Assembly: GCF_009834535.1 (NCBI RefSeq)
Contig: NC_045696.1
Span: 42,968,001 to 43,032,000 of the forward strand
Reading direction: 5' to 3'
Origin: Camelus ferus
Taxonomy: Eukaryota
DNA length: 64,000 nt
Shown piece by piece: positions 11,754 to 24,953 of the stretch (positions are counted from its first letter, which is position 1; each line of letters begins with the position of its first letter). A program made the position numbers and the translations under genes. The notes beneath the pieces are model-generated. The model was not told the DNA's origin, searched no databases, and saw nothing but the letters and a program-made list of their open reading frames with translations.

Positions 11754-13579
11754 TTTTTTATTGAAGCATAGTTGATTTACAGTATTGTATTAGTTTCAGG
11801 TGTACAGCAAAGTGATTCATTTACATTTTTTCTGGATTATTTTCCGTTATAGGTTAACAGGATGTTAAATACAGGTCCCTATGTTATACAGTAAATTCTT
11901 GTTGCTTATCTATTTTATGTATAATGGTTTTTATCTGTCATTCCCATACTACCAATTTATTCCTCCTCCCTCTTTCCCCTTTAGTAATCATAAGTTTATG
12001 TGTGAGTCTATTTCTGTTTTGTATATAGATTCATTTGCATTTTCTGGATTCCACATATAAAGTGTGAAATCAAATATTTGCCTTTGTTTGACATGTATCA
12101 CTAACTGTAATACTCTATAGGTCCATCCATGTTACTGCAAATAACAATATTTCTTTTTTGTGGCAGAGCAGTATTCCATTCTGTATATGTGTGTGTGTGT
12201 ATACCACAACTTCTTAAGCCAATCATTGTTGATGGATACTTGAGTTGTTTCTATGTCTTGACTATTGTCAGTAGTGCTACTATAAACATTGGGGTGCATA
12301 TATCTTTTCAAATTAGAGTTTTCATCTTTTCCAGGTATATACCCAAGAATGAAACTGCTGGATGATATGGTACCTCTATTTTTAATTTTTTTAAGGAAAC
12401 TCCATACTGTTCTCCATAGTGGCTATACCAATTTACATTCCCAACAACAGCATACTATGGTTTCCTTTTCTCCACACCCTCTCCAGCATTTATCATTTGT
12501 AGACTTTTTGATGATAGCCGTTGTCACCAGCGTGAGGTGATACCTCATTGTGGTTTTGATTCGCATTTCTCTGATACTTAGCAATGTGCTTTTTTTCATG
12601 TGCCTGTTGTCCATCTGTATTTCTTCTTTGAAGAAATGTCTATTTAGGTCTTCTGCCCATTTTTTATGGAGTTTATTTCTTTGAGTTATATATATATGAG
12701 ATATTTGTGTATTTTAGATGTTAACTCCTTTTTGGTTGCATCATTTACAAATATTTTTTCTATTCCTTAGATTATGTTTCTGCTTTGTTTATGGTTTCTT
12801 TTGAGGTGTGAAAGCTTTTAATTTTGATTAGGTCTAATTTGTTTATTTTTGCTTTTATTTCATTTGCTTTGGAAAACTGATCTAAGAAAATATTGCTGCA
12901 ATTTATGTTAGAGAATGTTTTGCCTATGTCCTTTTCTAGAAATTTCATGGAGTCATGTCTTACTTTTAGGTCTTTAAATCATTTTGAGTTTATTTTTATA
13001 TATGGTGTGAGGGAGTGTTCTAATTTCATTGATTTAAATATATCACTTCAGCTTTCCCAACACCACATGTTGGAAGAGACTGTCTTTTCTCCATTGTATA
13101 TTCTTGTCTCTTTTGTCATAGATTAATTGACTGTAGGTGTGTGGGTTTATTTCTGGGCTCTCTACTCTTTTCCATTGATCTATATGTCTGTTTTTATGCC
13201 AATACCATGCTGTTCTGATTACTCTAGTTTTGCAGTACAGTCTGAAGTCTGGAAGGGTTATGCCTCTAGCTTTATTCTTTTTCTTCAGGATTGCTTTTGC
13301 AATTCTGGGTCTTTTGTGGTTCCATATAAATTTTATGATTAGTTGTTCTAGTTCTGTGAAAAATGTCATGAGTATCTTTATAGGGATTGCATTAATTCTG
13401 TAAGTTGCTTTGGGTATTATGTCTATTTTAATAATCTTCTAATCAAAAGCATGGAATATCTTTCCATTTCTTTGAATCTTATTCAATTTCCTTTATCAAT
13501 GTTTTATGGTTTTTAATATATAGGTCTTCTACCTACTTGGTTAAGTTTATTCTTAGGTATCTTACTTTTTGACACAATT
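11754..13579 (-). mobile_element. LINE-1 (older, artiodactyl-type) 3' UTR and ORF2 C-terminal part; host of the nested L1
   Basis: T-rich tail and 3' UTR. ORFs 12423-12614 (MRYHLT...[11 protein letters not shown]...CCWECKLV) and 13043-13369 ([24 protein letters not shown]...LPDF) are L1 ORF2 remnants. Confidence 0.95.
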
Positions 13580-16500
13580 TAATTTATTTATTTATTTTAA
13601 TGGAAGTGCAGTCAATCAATTTCTGATGTACAGCACAATATCTCAGCCATGCATATACATACCTATATTAGTTTTCATATATTTCCATTAAAGATTATTA
13701 CAATATATTGAACATATTTCCTTGTGCTATACAGAAGAAACTTCTTAAAAAATCTCTTTATGTATATAGTGGCTAACTTTTGTAAATCTCAAACTCCCAA
13801 ATTTATCCCTTACCACCCCCTTTCCCCAGTAACCATAGTGTACTTTTTTTTTTTTTAAGATTCCACATTAAAGTGCTATCATATAGTATTTTTCTTTTTC
13901 TGGCTTACTTCACTTAGAATGATGATCTCTAGGTCCATTCATGTTGCTGCAAATGGCATTATTTTATTATTTTTTATGGCAGAAAAGTATTCTATTGTGT
14001 AAGTATACTACAACTTCTTTATCCAGTCTTCTGTCAGTGGACATTTAGGTTGCTTCCATGTCTTAGCTATTGTATATAGTGTTTCTATGAACATTGGGGT
14101 GCATGTATCTTTTCTGATTAGAGTTCCCTCCAGATATATACCCAGAAGTGGGATTGTTTGATCATATAGCAAGTATATTTTTAGTTTTTTTTGAGGAACC
14201 GCCAAACTGTTTTCCATAATGGCTGCACCAAACTACATTCCCACCAACAGTGTAGGAGGGTTCCCTTTTCTCCACACCCTCTCCAGCATTTATTGTTGGT
14301 GACCTTTTTAATGATTGCCTTTCTGACTGGTGTGAGGTGATATCTCATTGTACCTTGATTTGCATTTCTCTGATAATTAGTGATATTGAGCATTTTTTCA
14401 TGTGCCTATTGGCCATTTGTATGTCTTCATTGGAGAATTGCATATTTAGGTCTTCCACCAATTTTTGGATTTGGTTATTTTTGTCTGTTAGTTTGTTTGT
14501 TACTAAGTTGTATGAACCGTTTATATATTCTGGAAATTAAGCTCTTGTCAGTCGCATCATTTGCAAATACTTTTCTCTCATATCTTAGGTTGTTGTTTTG
14601 TTTTGCTGATGGTTTTCTTTGCTCTGCCAAAGCTTACTAGTTTAATTAGGTCCCATTTGTTTGTTTTTGTTCTTATTTCCATTGCCTGGGTAGACTGCCC
14701 TAGGAGAACATTGCTAAGATTTATGTCAGACAATGTTTTGCCCATGTTTTCTTCTAGGAGATTTATCATGTCTTGTCTTATGTATAAGTCTTTAAGCCAT
14801 TTTGAGTTTATTTTTGTGTATGGAGTGAGGGAGTGTTCTAACTTCATTGATATACATACTGCTATCCAGTTTTCCCAGCACCCCTTACTCAAGAGACTGT
14901 CTTTTTTCCATTATATATTCTTGCCTCCTTTGTCAAAGATTAATTGACTATAGGTCTGTGGATTTATTTCTGGGTTCTCTGTTCTGTTCCATCGTTCCAC
15001 GTCTGTTTTTAATGCCAATATCATGCTGTTTTGATAATTGTAGCTCTACAATACTGTCTAAAGTCTGGGAGCTTCACTCCTTTCCTTCAATATTGCTTTG
15101 GCAATTTCGGGTCTTTAGTGATTCCGTACAAATCTTAGGATCACTTGTTCCAGTTCTTTAAAAAAAAAAAAAAGTCCTGTGTAATTTGATAGGGATCGCA
15201 TTAAATCTGTAGATTGACTATGGTCATTTTAATGATATTGATTTTTCCAATCCAAGAGCATGGGTTATCTTTCCATTTCTCTAAGTCTTCTTTAATTTCC
15301 TTAATTAATGTTTTGTGGTTCTCCATGTATAAATCTCTCTTCTCCTTGATCAGATTTATTTGTAAGTATTTTATTGTTTTGGATGCAATTTTAAAAGGGA
15401 TTGCTTCTTTACTTTCTTTTCCTATTGATTCATTGTTAGTGTAAAGAAATGCAACTGATTTTTGTATGTTAATCTTGTATCCTACTACCTTGTGGAATTC
15501 TTTTATTAGCTCTAGTAGTTTTTTGTGTGAAGCTTTTAGGATTTTCTATGTGTATTATCATGTCATCTGCATATAGTGACAATTTTACCTCTTCCAATTT
15601 GGATCCCTTTTATTTATTTTTCTTGCCTGATTGCTGTGGCTAGGACTTCCAAGACTATGTTGAATAGAAATGATGAGAGTGGGCATCCTTGTCTTGTTCC
15701 AGATTTTAGTGGGAAGGTTTTCAGTTTTTCAGCTGAGTACTATGCTGGCTGCAAGTTTGTCATAAATAGCTTTATTATGTAGAGCTATGTTCCCTCTATA
15801 CCCACTTTGGTAAGGGTTTTTATTATAAATGGGTGTTGAATTTTACCAGTTTTTTTCCCCTGCATCTATTGAGATGATTGTGTGATTTTTGTCCTTTGTT
15901 TTGTTGATGTAGTGTTTCACATTGATTGATTTGTGTATGTTGAATAAACCTTGTGTCCCTGGGATGAATCCAACTTGATCATTGTGTACAATATTTTTTA
16001 TGTGCTGCTGTATTCTATTTCTTAATATTTTGTTGAGGATTTTTACATCTATGTTCATCAGTGACATTGGCCTGTAATTTTCTTTTTTGGTAGTATCTTT
16101 ATCTGGTTTTGGTATCAGGGTGATGGTGGCTTCATAGAATTAGTTTAAGAGTACTCCCTCCTTTTCGGTCTTTTGGAAGAGTTTGAGAGGGATCGGTATG
16201 GTTCTTTGTATATTTGGTAGAATTCCCCAGTGAAGCCATCTGGTCCTGGACTATTATTTGTAGGGAGGTTTCTTTTAATTGCTGGTTCTATTTCATTTCT
16301 AGTGGTCAGTCTGTGAAGTGGTCTATTTCTTCTTGATTCAGTCTTGGTGGACTGTATGTTTCCAGAAATGTGTCCATTTCTTCTAGGTCATCCATTTTAT
16401 TTCCATATAGTTTGTTCATAGTATTCTCTTATGATATTTTGTATTTCTGTGGTATTGGTTGTAATTTCACCGTTTTCCTTTCTTATTTTGGTTATTGTGT

Positions 16501-17192
16501 TGTCTCTTCTTCTTGGTGAGCCTGGCCAGAGGTTTGTCAATTTTGTTTACTGTTTCAAAACAAACAGCCCTTGGTTTGATTTTTTTTCTATTTTTTTAGA
16601 TCTGTATTTTATTTATTTCCTCCCTGATCTTTATTGTTTCCTTCCTTCTGCTGACTTTTCATTTTGTTACTCTTCTTTTTCTAATTTTTTTAGGTGGTAG
16701 CTTAGCTTGTTTATTTGAGATTGTTCTTTTTTGAGGAAGGCCTGTATTACTATGAAATTCTCTCTTAGGAATACTTTTGCTGTATCCCATAGGTTTTCTG
16801 TGGTTGTGTATTCATTGTCGTTTGTCTCAAAGTATTTTTTAATTTCTTCTTTGATGTCATCATTGACCTATTGATATTTTGGTAGCATGTTGTTTAATCT
16901 CCATGCTGTCATTTTTTTCTCCTTTGTTTTTCTGTGTTTGATTGCTAGTTTCATGGCATTGTGGTTAGAAAACTTGCTTTAAAGTAATTTCCATCCTCTT
17001 AAATTTGTTGAGGCTTATTTTCTGCCTGAGTACATGATCTATCCTAGAAAATGTTCCGTGTGTGCTAGAAAAGAATGTATATTTTATTGGGGGGGGGGAT
17101 GTACTGTTCTGAAAATATCAACCAAGTCCAATTGTTCTGTCGTGTCATTTAGTTTCTCCATTGCCTTACTGATTTTCTTTCTGGAAGATCTG
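13580..17192 (-). mobile_element. Younger 5'-truncated LINE-1 nested in the older L1, with a 16-bp TSD
   Basis: Has its own 3' UTR from 13580. ORF2 remnants at 14008-14393, 14578-14892 and RT 15843-16067 ([14 protein letters not shown]...DQVGFIPG). Perfect direct repeat ACTTTTTGACACAATT at 13564-13579 and 17193-17208. Confidence 0.93.
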
Positions 17193-20100
17193 ACTTTTTG
17201 ACACAATTATAGATGGATTTTTTTTAACTTTCCATTTCATTGATGTCAGTGGGGCCTTAGTTTCCTATTACTATTGTATTCCTTTCATCTTCTCCTTTTA
17301 TGTCTTAGTATTTGTTTTATATATTTAGGTGCTTCTATATTGGGAACATGTATTTTAATGACTGTAATATCCTCTTCTGTTGATTGCTTTATCATTATAT
17401 AAAATCCTTCTTTGTCTTTATGACTTTTGTTTCTTTTTTATTTTTTAATGAGCTTGATTTTATGAAATTTTTATTTTGGTGGAGGGTGAGGTAATTAAGT
17501 TATTTGTGGAGGAGGTAATGGGGATTGAACTAGGACCTCATGCATGCTAAGCACACTCTCTACCACTTAAGCTATCCTGTCCCCCCATGACTTTAGTTTT
17601 AAAATCTGGTTTTTTCTGACATTAGTATTGCTACCCCGACTTTCTTAATATTTCCATTATCATGAAATGTCTTTTTTCATTCCCTTACTTCCAATGTGTG
17701 TATGTCTTTTGTTCTGAAGTGAGTCTCTTTTAGGCAGTATGTTGTAAGTTCTTGTTTTTTCATCCAGTTTGCTGCTTTGTATCTTTTGATCTGAGGAGCA
17801 TTTAGTCCATTGCCATTTAAAGTAATTATTGATATGTATATTCATATTCCCATTTTAGGCCTTTTTTTTTAAAGTTGTTTTTGTGATTCTTCTTTGTTCA
17901 TTTTTTTGTTTTTCCTTTTGTGTTTTGATGATTTTTATTATAGTATGCTTGAGTTCCTTTTTTTTTTTTTTTTCCTTTTTGGTAATCTATTGTGTTTTTG
18001 ATTTGTGGTTACCTTGGATACACATATGTTGACCCGTAACTGCATCTACTTGCTTTAAATGGATAGTCATAGAAGTTCTAACACATTCTAAAGGATCTGT
18101 ATATTTATACTCTGCCCCCCATATCTTGTGATTTCAATATTCTACTTCACATTTGCATGTTTTTCCTTTTGCTGTTAATTGTAGTCTTAATAGCTTTTAC
18201 AAAATTTTGATTGTTTTTTAATTTATGCAGCAGGTTTTTAAGTGTTCTTCAGTCCTTTTATATACTTCCCTTTCCTATTTTGATTTTTCCCTTTCCCATA
18301 GATTCTTGCTTCTTCTCTATTTGGAGAATACCTTTTAATATTTCTTTTAGGATAGGTTTAGTATTGCTGAATTCTTTCATTTTTGCTTTTCTGAGAAATT
18401 TGTTATGTGTCATATTCTAAATGATTATCTTGCTGGGTAGAGTATCACAGGTTGCAGGGTTTTCCCTTTCAGGACTTTGAATATACTGTGTCCTTCCCTT
18501 CTAGCCTGCAAAGTTTGTTTAGAGAAATCAGCTGATACCTTATGGTGCTTCCCTTGTAACTGAATTCTTCACTTGCTGCCTTAAGAATCCTCTCATGTGT
18601 GTGTGTTCATCTTGTTTGGGACCCTCTGTATTTCCTGTACCTGGGTATCCATTTCCTTCTTTAGGCAAATTTTCAGCCATAATTTATTCAAATAAAATTT
18701 TAATCCCCCTCTCTCTCCTCCTTCTGGAGTGCCTATTATGTATAGGTTGATATATTTTGTATCACCTCATAGATCTTGTATTTTGCTTTTATTTTTTCAC
18801 TTGTCTTTCTGTCTGCAGTTCTGATTGGATAATTTCCATTATTCTGTCTCCCAGATTATTTATTCTTTCTTCTGATTATTTAATCTGCTATTCATTGCTT
18901 CTAGGTTGGTCTTTTTATCTCAGCAACTGAATTGTCTAATTTTGATTGGTTTCTAGTTCTAGAGTTCTACCTTTCTATTAACTATCTTTTTAAATTCCTT
19001 AACATTGTTATTACCTCCTTTTTGGATTCTCAGGGCCTAGTACAGTGGCTAGATCTGTTTCATTATTTCTTCTTTAAGGGGATCTCTTGTCTTTTAACTG
19101 GGAGTAATTACTCTGCCTCTTCACTTAACTGTTTCTCATAAATTCATAGAGATAGAAAAAGTTACCTACTGTGATGTGGAAGGGGTGTTTTTGTGTGAAA
19201 GTGTCCCTTTGTAGACTGTGTGAATCCAGTGTTTTTTGGGGTGAATGTGCTGGCCATTATCTATTTGCTAAGGGATGTGATTGGTGTGATGGTGTCCAAA
19301 GCTTGGGCTGAATGTGGGACAGGGCCTCCTCTTTGCTCCATGGCTGTCTCTGCCCTGTCAGGGGTGGAGTCTACTCCTCAATTGTTAGAGTAGAAACCCT
19401 GAGGATTGGGTTTGATTAGGTTTTGTTACCCTTGAGTGTGTGCCTTGCCCCTTAGCAGGTGACTACTGAAGCAAGTGAGTCCTGTGTGTTCACAGTGAAC
19501 CTATGTACCACTGTGCAAGTGTCCACAGTTCTGTCCTTTCTTTATTATGTTTGTTGCAGACTTAATGCTAGGCTGTGGTGTGGAGTTGACTGGGGCCAGA
19601 GGTCTGGGTGCTGTGACTGCAGGAATTAAGGTGGCTATGCTGCTTTCTGGGACTAGGATGCAGAGTGGAGTGGGTGGAGCCAGAGTTCTCCCTCCAGGAG
19701 AAGAACCGCATGAGTACTCCTGCCCAGGCCTGTCTGCCTGAGACTCAGCACCCAGCTGCTGCATGCTGCTGTGATTCCACCCATGCGTGCACTAACAGTG
19801 GCCCCCACAGCCGACATCTGTGCTGCTGTGCATACGCTGGCAATGTGCCTTGAGGCTTCCTCTGGACCACACCCCAGGCAGCTGCCAGCATAGGTCTCTC
19901 TCTTCTCTGATTGTTAGAAATGCAGTATGTACACTCTTTGTGAGTGGAATCTAGGCTTTTCCAGCCCCTTTTTCTTTCCCAGCTGATTTCCCAGCAGGCT
20001 TGGGGGCTCCGCAGGGTAAGAATCTGCCCCTGTGAAATTTCTCATCTTTACAGATCCCTCCAAGGGGCACTGGTCCCGTCCTGATGCCCTTTGTTTCCCC

Positions 20101-20268
20101 ATGCTAACCAGTTACATGGAGATATTTCTTGCAGCTTTTGTTATATAGGTCTTCTGCTAGTTTCCAGTTGGTTTTCTGTGAGAACTGTTCCTTGTGTAGA
20201 TGTATTTTTGATGTATTTGTGAGGGGGAGGTGAGCTCCCCATCCTCCTACTCTGCTATCTTGATCCCC
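17193..20268 (-). mobile_element. LINE-1 5' portion: ORF2 endonuclease, ORF1 and GC-richer 5' UTR
   Basis: Homologous to 34100-37204 of the second large L1. On the minus strand the 5' end reads ggggatcaagatagcagag, a decayed YY1-type site. Confidence 0.9.
17433..17586 (-). mobile_element. Camelid vic-1-type tRNA-Ala-derived SINE inserted in L1
   Basis: Minus strand atagcttaagtggtagagagtgtgcttagcatgcatgaggtcctagttcaatcccca (A/B boxes) plus a taattacctc tail. 13-bp TSD atgacttttgttt (17420-17432) / atgactttagttt (17587-17599). Confidence 0.9.
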
Positions 20269-20399
20269 ATGCCCCTTCCCCTTTAGACATTTTTAACAAA
20301 CATTTACCAATTTACCCAAGTTGATAAACTTTTATATTAAGGAAACATCTGCAATACTAAAATTGAAAGCTGATGAGTATTTATTTCCTTAACTTAATT

Positions 20400-23300
20400 C
20401 TTCAGTTCAAAATCATTTTAGCCTAATTTATGATATCAAACACACATATAAAAATTAGTGCAAAACAATGTGCATCTCAAGAATACTAACATAACTACCA
20501 GCAAGGTCAAGACACCAATCATTGTTTTGGTGTCTGCTGCTTTGGAAAGCTGCAGCAGGACATTGACTTAATGATTTCCCACAAATATAACCACCATATT
20601 GGATTATTTTGCTCATTAATTATTTTACTTGAAAAAAAATTGTAAGTATGAAACATCAAATGTTAAAATTTAGTCTATCTAGATTTTGAATAGCTACTGT
20701 CACTCAGTAGTATGTTTGTGACTTTCTTCCTTTCTGTAGTGAAAAGCAACAGATTTTTCAAAGTTGGTTCATTTATTGCTGTACACTATTACACAAATAT
20801 ATCATTTCCTTATCCACTTTATTCTTGTTGAAAATGTAGGTTGTTTCTAGTCTTGGGCTCTTGTGAATAATGCAGCTATGAATATTCTTGTCACTTTTCT
20901 TAGTGTAAATGACTGAAAATTTCTTCTATGTATATTCTTGGAGTTAAACTGCTGAGTCAAAAGGTATACAAATATTTAGTTTCTGAAGGTGATGTCAAAA
21001 GTTTTCCAATGTGATTTTACCAATTTGCACTCTTAGCAGCATATGAGAGTTCCCCTTTCCCCACATTCAAACTAACACTTAGTATTGCCTTTAATTTTTA
21101 GCTAGTTTTATCATATTGTGCTTTTAATTTTCACTTCTCTGATTATTAATGAGGTTAATGTCATTGAAAAAAATTTAATAGTCAATTTAAAAAGAAATGA
21201 AAATTTTATTCAAGTCAACCTGAGGATTGTAACCCTGGAGACAAGTCTCTCAGGAAGCTCTGAGAACTGTTCTACCTGTTAGAGGTCAAAGTAGAGTTAC
21301 ACTCATTTTTAAGACAGAGTTATACAAGAAATGACATATTATTGACAGTTTACACGATCCAAATCTAACAAAGCAATTGGTGAGTAATGGATTATTGTGA
21401 CTCCTTACACGATTAAAAAGGAAGATTACCTTCTAATAAGTTGTGACTTTTTTTGTGAGATTAAGAAGGAATATTACCTCCTAAGGAGGTCTGGTTAATG
21501 CAGATGGACAAAACACACTGAAGAGGAGGGAGGAGGCCCATAGGGGCAAAGAAATATTTTATGTTTTAATTTTCTTATGTTGCCATAAAATAAGAATTTT
21601 ATTTAATCACTGAAGTTTTGCATAGGCTTGTTGGCCATTGTATATCAGCTTGGTGAAATATTTGTTAAAGTCTCTTGTCCTTTTTTCTACTTGGTTATTG
21701 TGATATATAGATTTTTTTTTTAATATTCTAGATTGAAATGCTTAGTTACTTGTTTTGTAAATATGTTCTCCCTTTAGATAATTTTTTAATACTCAAAACT
21801 TTTAAAGTTTTTCCTTTCTCACTTAAGTCCTTAATCCGTCTTTTTTTTTTTTTTTTGTAGAATAAGGAAGTTTCCCTCTTTCTATTTAAAAAATACTCTG
21901 TGCTATATTTATTAGTAGTCTATCCTTTTCCAGTGATCTGCACTGTCATCTTTATCAAATACAAAGTTTTCATAAACTTAATTCCAGTTGTCTATTGCTG
22001 TGTCACAAAGCACCCCAAAACTTAATGATGTAATTTTAAATCAATATTATTTATTAATGATTTTGCCACTTTTGCCTGTTATATACTGTCCTTTCTGCTT
22101 GTGTATATGTGTGTGGTATGTTTAACGAGGTTTTAATAGATTCATGAGATAAGAATTCCTTTTTAATATTCTTGAAGAGTTGAGTAATACTGGAATCATT
22201 GATTTCTGTTAGTATACATGTTTTTTGCCTATAAAACATTACAGGCTTCTGGTGTTATGTAATTGATTGAATATGTTAATGATTATAAGACATTCATATA
22301 TCTCTAGTGGATTAACTTTACACATTTCATCTAAGTTTTAAGTTTAAAAATCTATACTATTCACCTATTAATATTTTAATTTATGCTGCAAACTAGTATG
22401 CACCATTTTCTTCCTCCTATTGTTTATTTGATCCTTCCTTTCTTTGATTAATATTGCCAGTTATCTGCCATATTTATAAAACTTCCATAGATCCAAATAT
22501 TGGCTTTCTCCATCTTCTCTATTTTATCTTCTTGTAATATTATCAAATTATTTTACTTACCTTTAGCTGGCTGTATAGAGTACTCATTTATCCTTTATTT
22601 TTTCTAAATATGACAATGTGAACTTCTTAAATCTAAATTGTCTTCTAGTTTCTGCCTACAAATACTTATTATTCATTTCTAATTTCACTTGTTAAAAAAC
22701 TGTAAATTGAAAATTACATTTTCTTCACTTTGTAGAAATATTATTCATTGCTCTCTGGCTTACATTTTTGGCATTAACATTTGTTTAATAAAGTTTTTCT
22801 CCTTATGTCAATTTATAAGTTTCCCTTTCCTGTTGGTGTCTCACATAAGCCCTAAAATGTGTCCAAGTGACAATTTGTTTTGTTTGGATTTCTCAGCTTT
22901 CTGAATATGAACTTTTTACCAATTCTGAAATATTTTCAGTTCATATCCTTTTGGCCATTCTTTCTTGTCATTCTGTCAGTTTTGCCATTTTAGAAATCCA
23001 GTTAAGAAATGAGTTATTTTTCTCATGCCATTCTCTATAAGCATATGCTTTCACATTTCCCATCTCTTCACCTGTCTTTGCAGCACACTAATTCCTCATG
23101 TCTTGATTTCAAATTATTAATTTTCATTTTACTATGTCTATTATGATTTGGACTCTTATGTTGAATTTTAAATTGCAATAATTTTGTGTCACATCTCTAG
23201 AAATTCTCTGTTTTATAAATTTTCCCAGTTATATTTACTAGATGATTGATTTTTAAAAATTTTTACTTAATAAACATATTTGTTTTATATTTGATATAAA

Positions 23301-23600
23301 GAAATTTCAATGCTCTATAGTTTTTGCAAGTCTGAAACTTCTTTTTTCCCTTCACACTCTTTCTCTCTCCCCTTATACTCCCTCCCTCCTTGCCTACTTT
23401 TCCCTCTTTGTTTTCCTTCCTTCCTTCCTTCCTTTCTCTTTCTTTCTCTTCCTTTTTTCTTCTAATTTTGCTTACTGTGGCTTTGTATGGGTTATGTGAT
23501 TTTAGTTCATGGTTTATATTCTCTTGAACTCTTTATATATGGAAATGTTTGAAGCTTAAAATGCATTTCTTTGAAAATAAAATTAAATATACTGTATTTA
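20400..23600 (-). mobile_element. Highly diverged old L1 (L1ME-like), interrupted by an LTR and an MLT1 fragment (~21983-22050)
   Basis: Degenerate antisense L1 3' UTR/ORF2 motifs (aataatgcagctatgaatattcttgt; ccaatttgcactcttagcagc; ctgattattaatgaggtt...ttggccatt). Boundaries approximate. Confidence 0.65.
21159..21609 (-). mobile_element. Solo ERV LTR (probably ERV1 class)
   Basis: TG...CA termini, ~450 bp, minus-strand AATAAA near 21207-21212. It splits a contiguous L1 motif. No clean TSD. Confidence 0.7.
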
Positions 23601-23616
23601 ATGTAATTAAATTAAT

Positions 23617-23926
23617 TGATTTTGTCAGAGTGAAATTAGAAATTCCAGATTCCATGTGCAATTTGAGAATTTTCTGACATCTTTGGGTTTTTTTTGTTTG
23701 TTCGTTTGTTTTTGTTTTAATGCTCCACCAGATCAAAGACAAAACAAGGCATTGTACCTATACTAGCTCCTGATTTTGTCAGAATGAAATTAGAAATTCC
23801 AGATTCCATGTGCAATTTGAGAATTTTCTGATATCTTTGGGCTTTTTCTTTTGTTTGTTTGTTTGTTTCTGTTTCAATGCTCCACCAGATCAAAGACAGA
23901 ACAGGTAGTGTACCTATACTAGCTCC
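23617..23926. repeat. Two-copy tandem duplication, 154 + 156 bp
   Basis: Units 23617-23770 and 23771-23926 both run tgattttgtcaga...gtacctatactagctcc. Confidence 0.97.
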
Positions 23927-24189
23927 TTCAGAGTTCATTTAAAAAAATCTATTTCCCCAATCAGTAGTGCTTCAGTTCTAGGCAAATATCTCTGATTAGA
24001 CTTTCTTCCTCATTATTCTGTAGTACTTCCCTCTATTGTCTGCATTTATATACTTTAAAAATTATACTTTGGACACTGAGGATTGAAGATGTTTTCAGGG
24101 TTTATAGGGGCTCCATTAAATAGAGAATGTTATCTTTATTCAGCCAAGGAGAGGTAGCACTATTTTTTCCACCATCAAATTTTTGAATG

Positions 24190-24355
24190 TCTTGGCCAAT
24201 TTACTCAGCCTCTTCAAACCACAATTTTCTTATAAGCAAAATGTCAATAATAGCACTTAATTCTTACTGTGATTTTAATCATTGAATGAGAAAAGTATTT
24301 ATATGAAATAAGGTAACATTTTACATATGGGTACTCAATGAATATTAATATTAGT
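24190..24355 (+). mobile_element. MIR SINE fragment
   Basis: Degenerate MIR core and 3' part (ttactcagcctct...aaaatgtcaataatagc...tactcaatgaatatta). Confidence 0.55.
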
Positions 24356-24709
24356 TCCTTTCCTTTACTTGGACTGCTGGCCCCCTTTGTCTCTTTTCTT
24401 TCATTAGTATCTTCATATTTTTTTCTTTCTTCACAGATAATCACTTTCATATCAATATCCACTTGGTCCCCAAGTGGGTACTCTACCCTCAGTCCTTGAC
24501 TTTATCTTCCCTATGCCTGAAAAAATATGTTAATTCCTTTCTGGAACTAATGTAAATATGTTTGCAGAGCATGTCTCTTGATAGATATCATCTTCCCCTG
24601 GTTGCTTTACTCCTAGTCAATGTCAGAAGCCATATTTTATTTGTCTTTGCATTTATAGATCATTCTGTAATGTCTGCAAAGTGCAATTACTTAATAGATT
24701 AGGTAACAT

Positions 24710-24953
24710 CATATAGTAAGGTTATTGAGTGAGATCATGGGTTGTGTAATTGGATACATGTGGACTGAAATCATGAATCTCCCAATTAGCCATGTCGAGT
24801 GGGACAAATATTGACTTGATTTTTTAACCTTTAAAACTGGTATATTGATAATTGTTTAACAGCATTTTTTAATTAAATATGAAATGTTTTATAAAGCTTT
24901 TGGTATACTGCCTGAAGTATTCTAAGTCCTCATAAAATGATGGCTGTTACTAT
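24710..24953 (+). mobile_element. MIR SINE, near full length
   Basis: Ends with tactgcctgaagtattctaagtcctcataaaatgatggctgtta, a MIR-type 3' end. Confidence 0.55.

Noticed and set aside
19260..20268. GC-rich stretches as CpG-island promoters (also 35800-37204, 45690-46545)
   Set aside because: They are CpG-depleted L1 5' UTRs.
23617..23926. CRISPR-like or repeat-protein array
   Set aside because: Only two adjacent copies, no spacers, and the DNA is mammalian.
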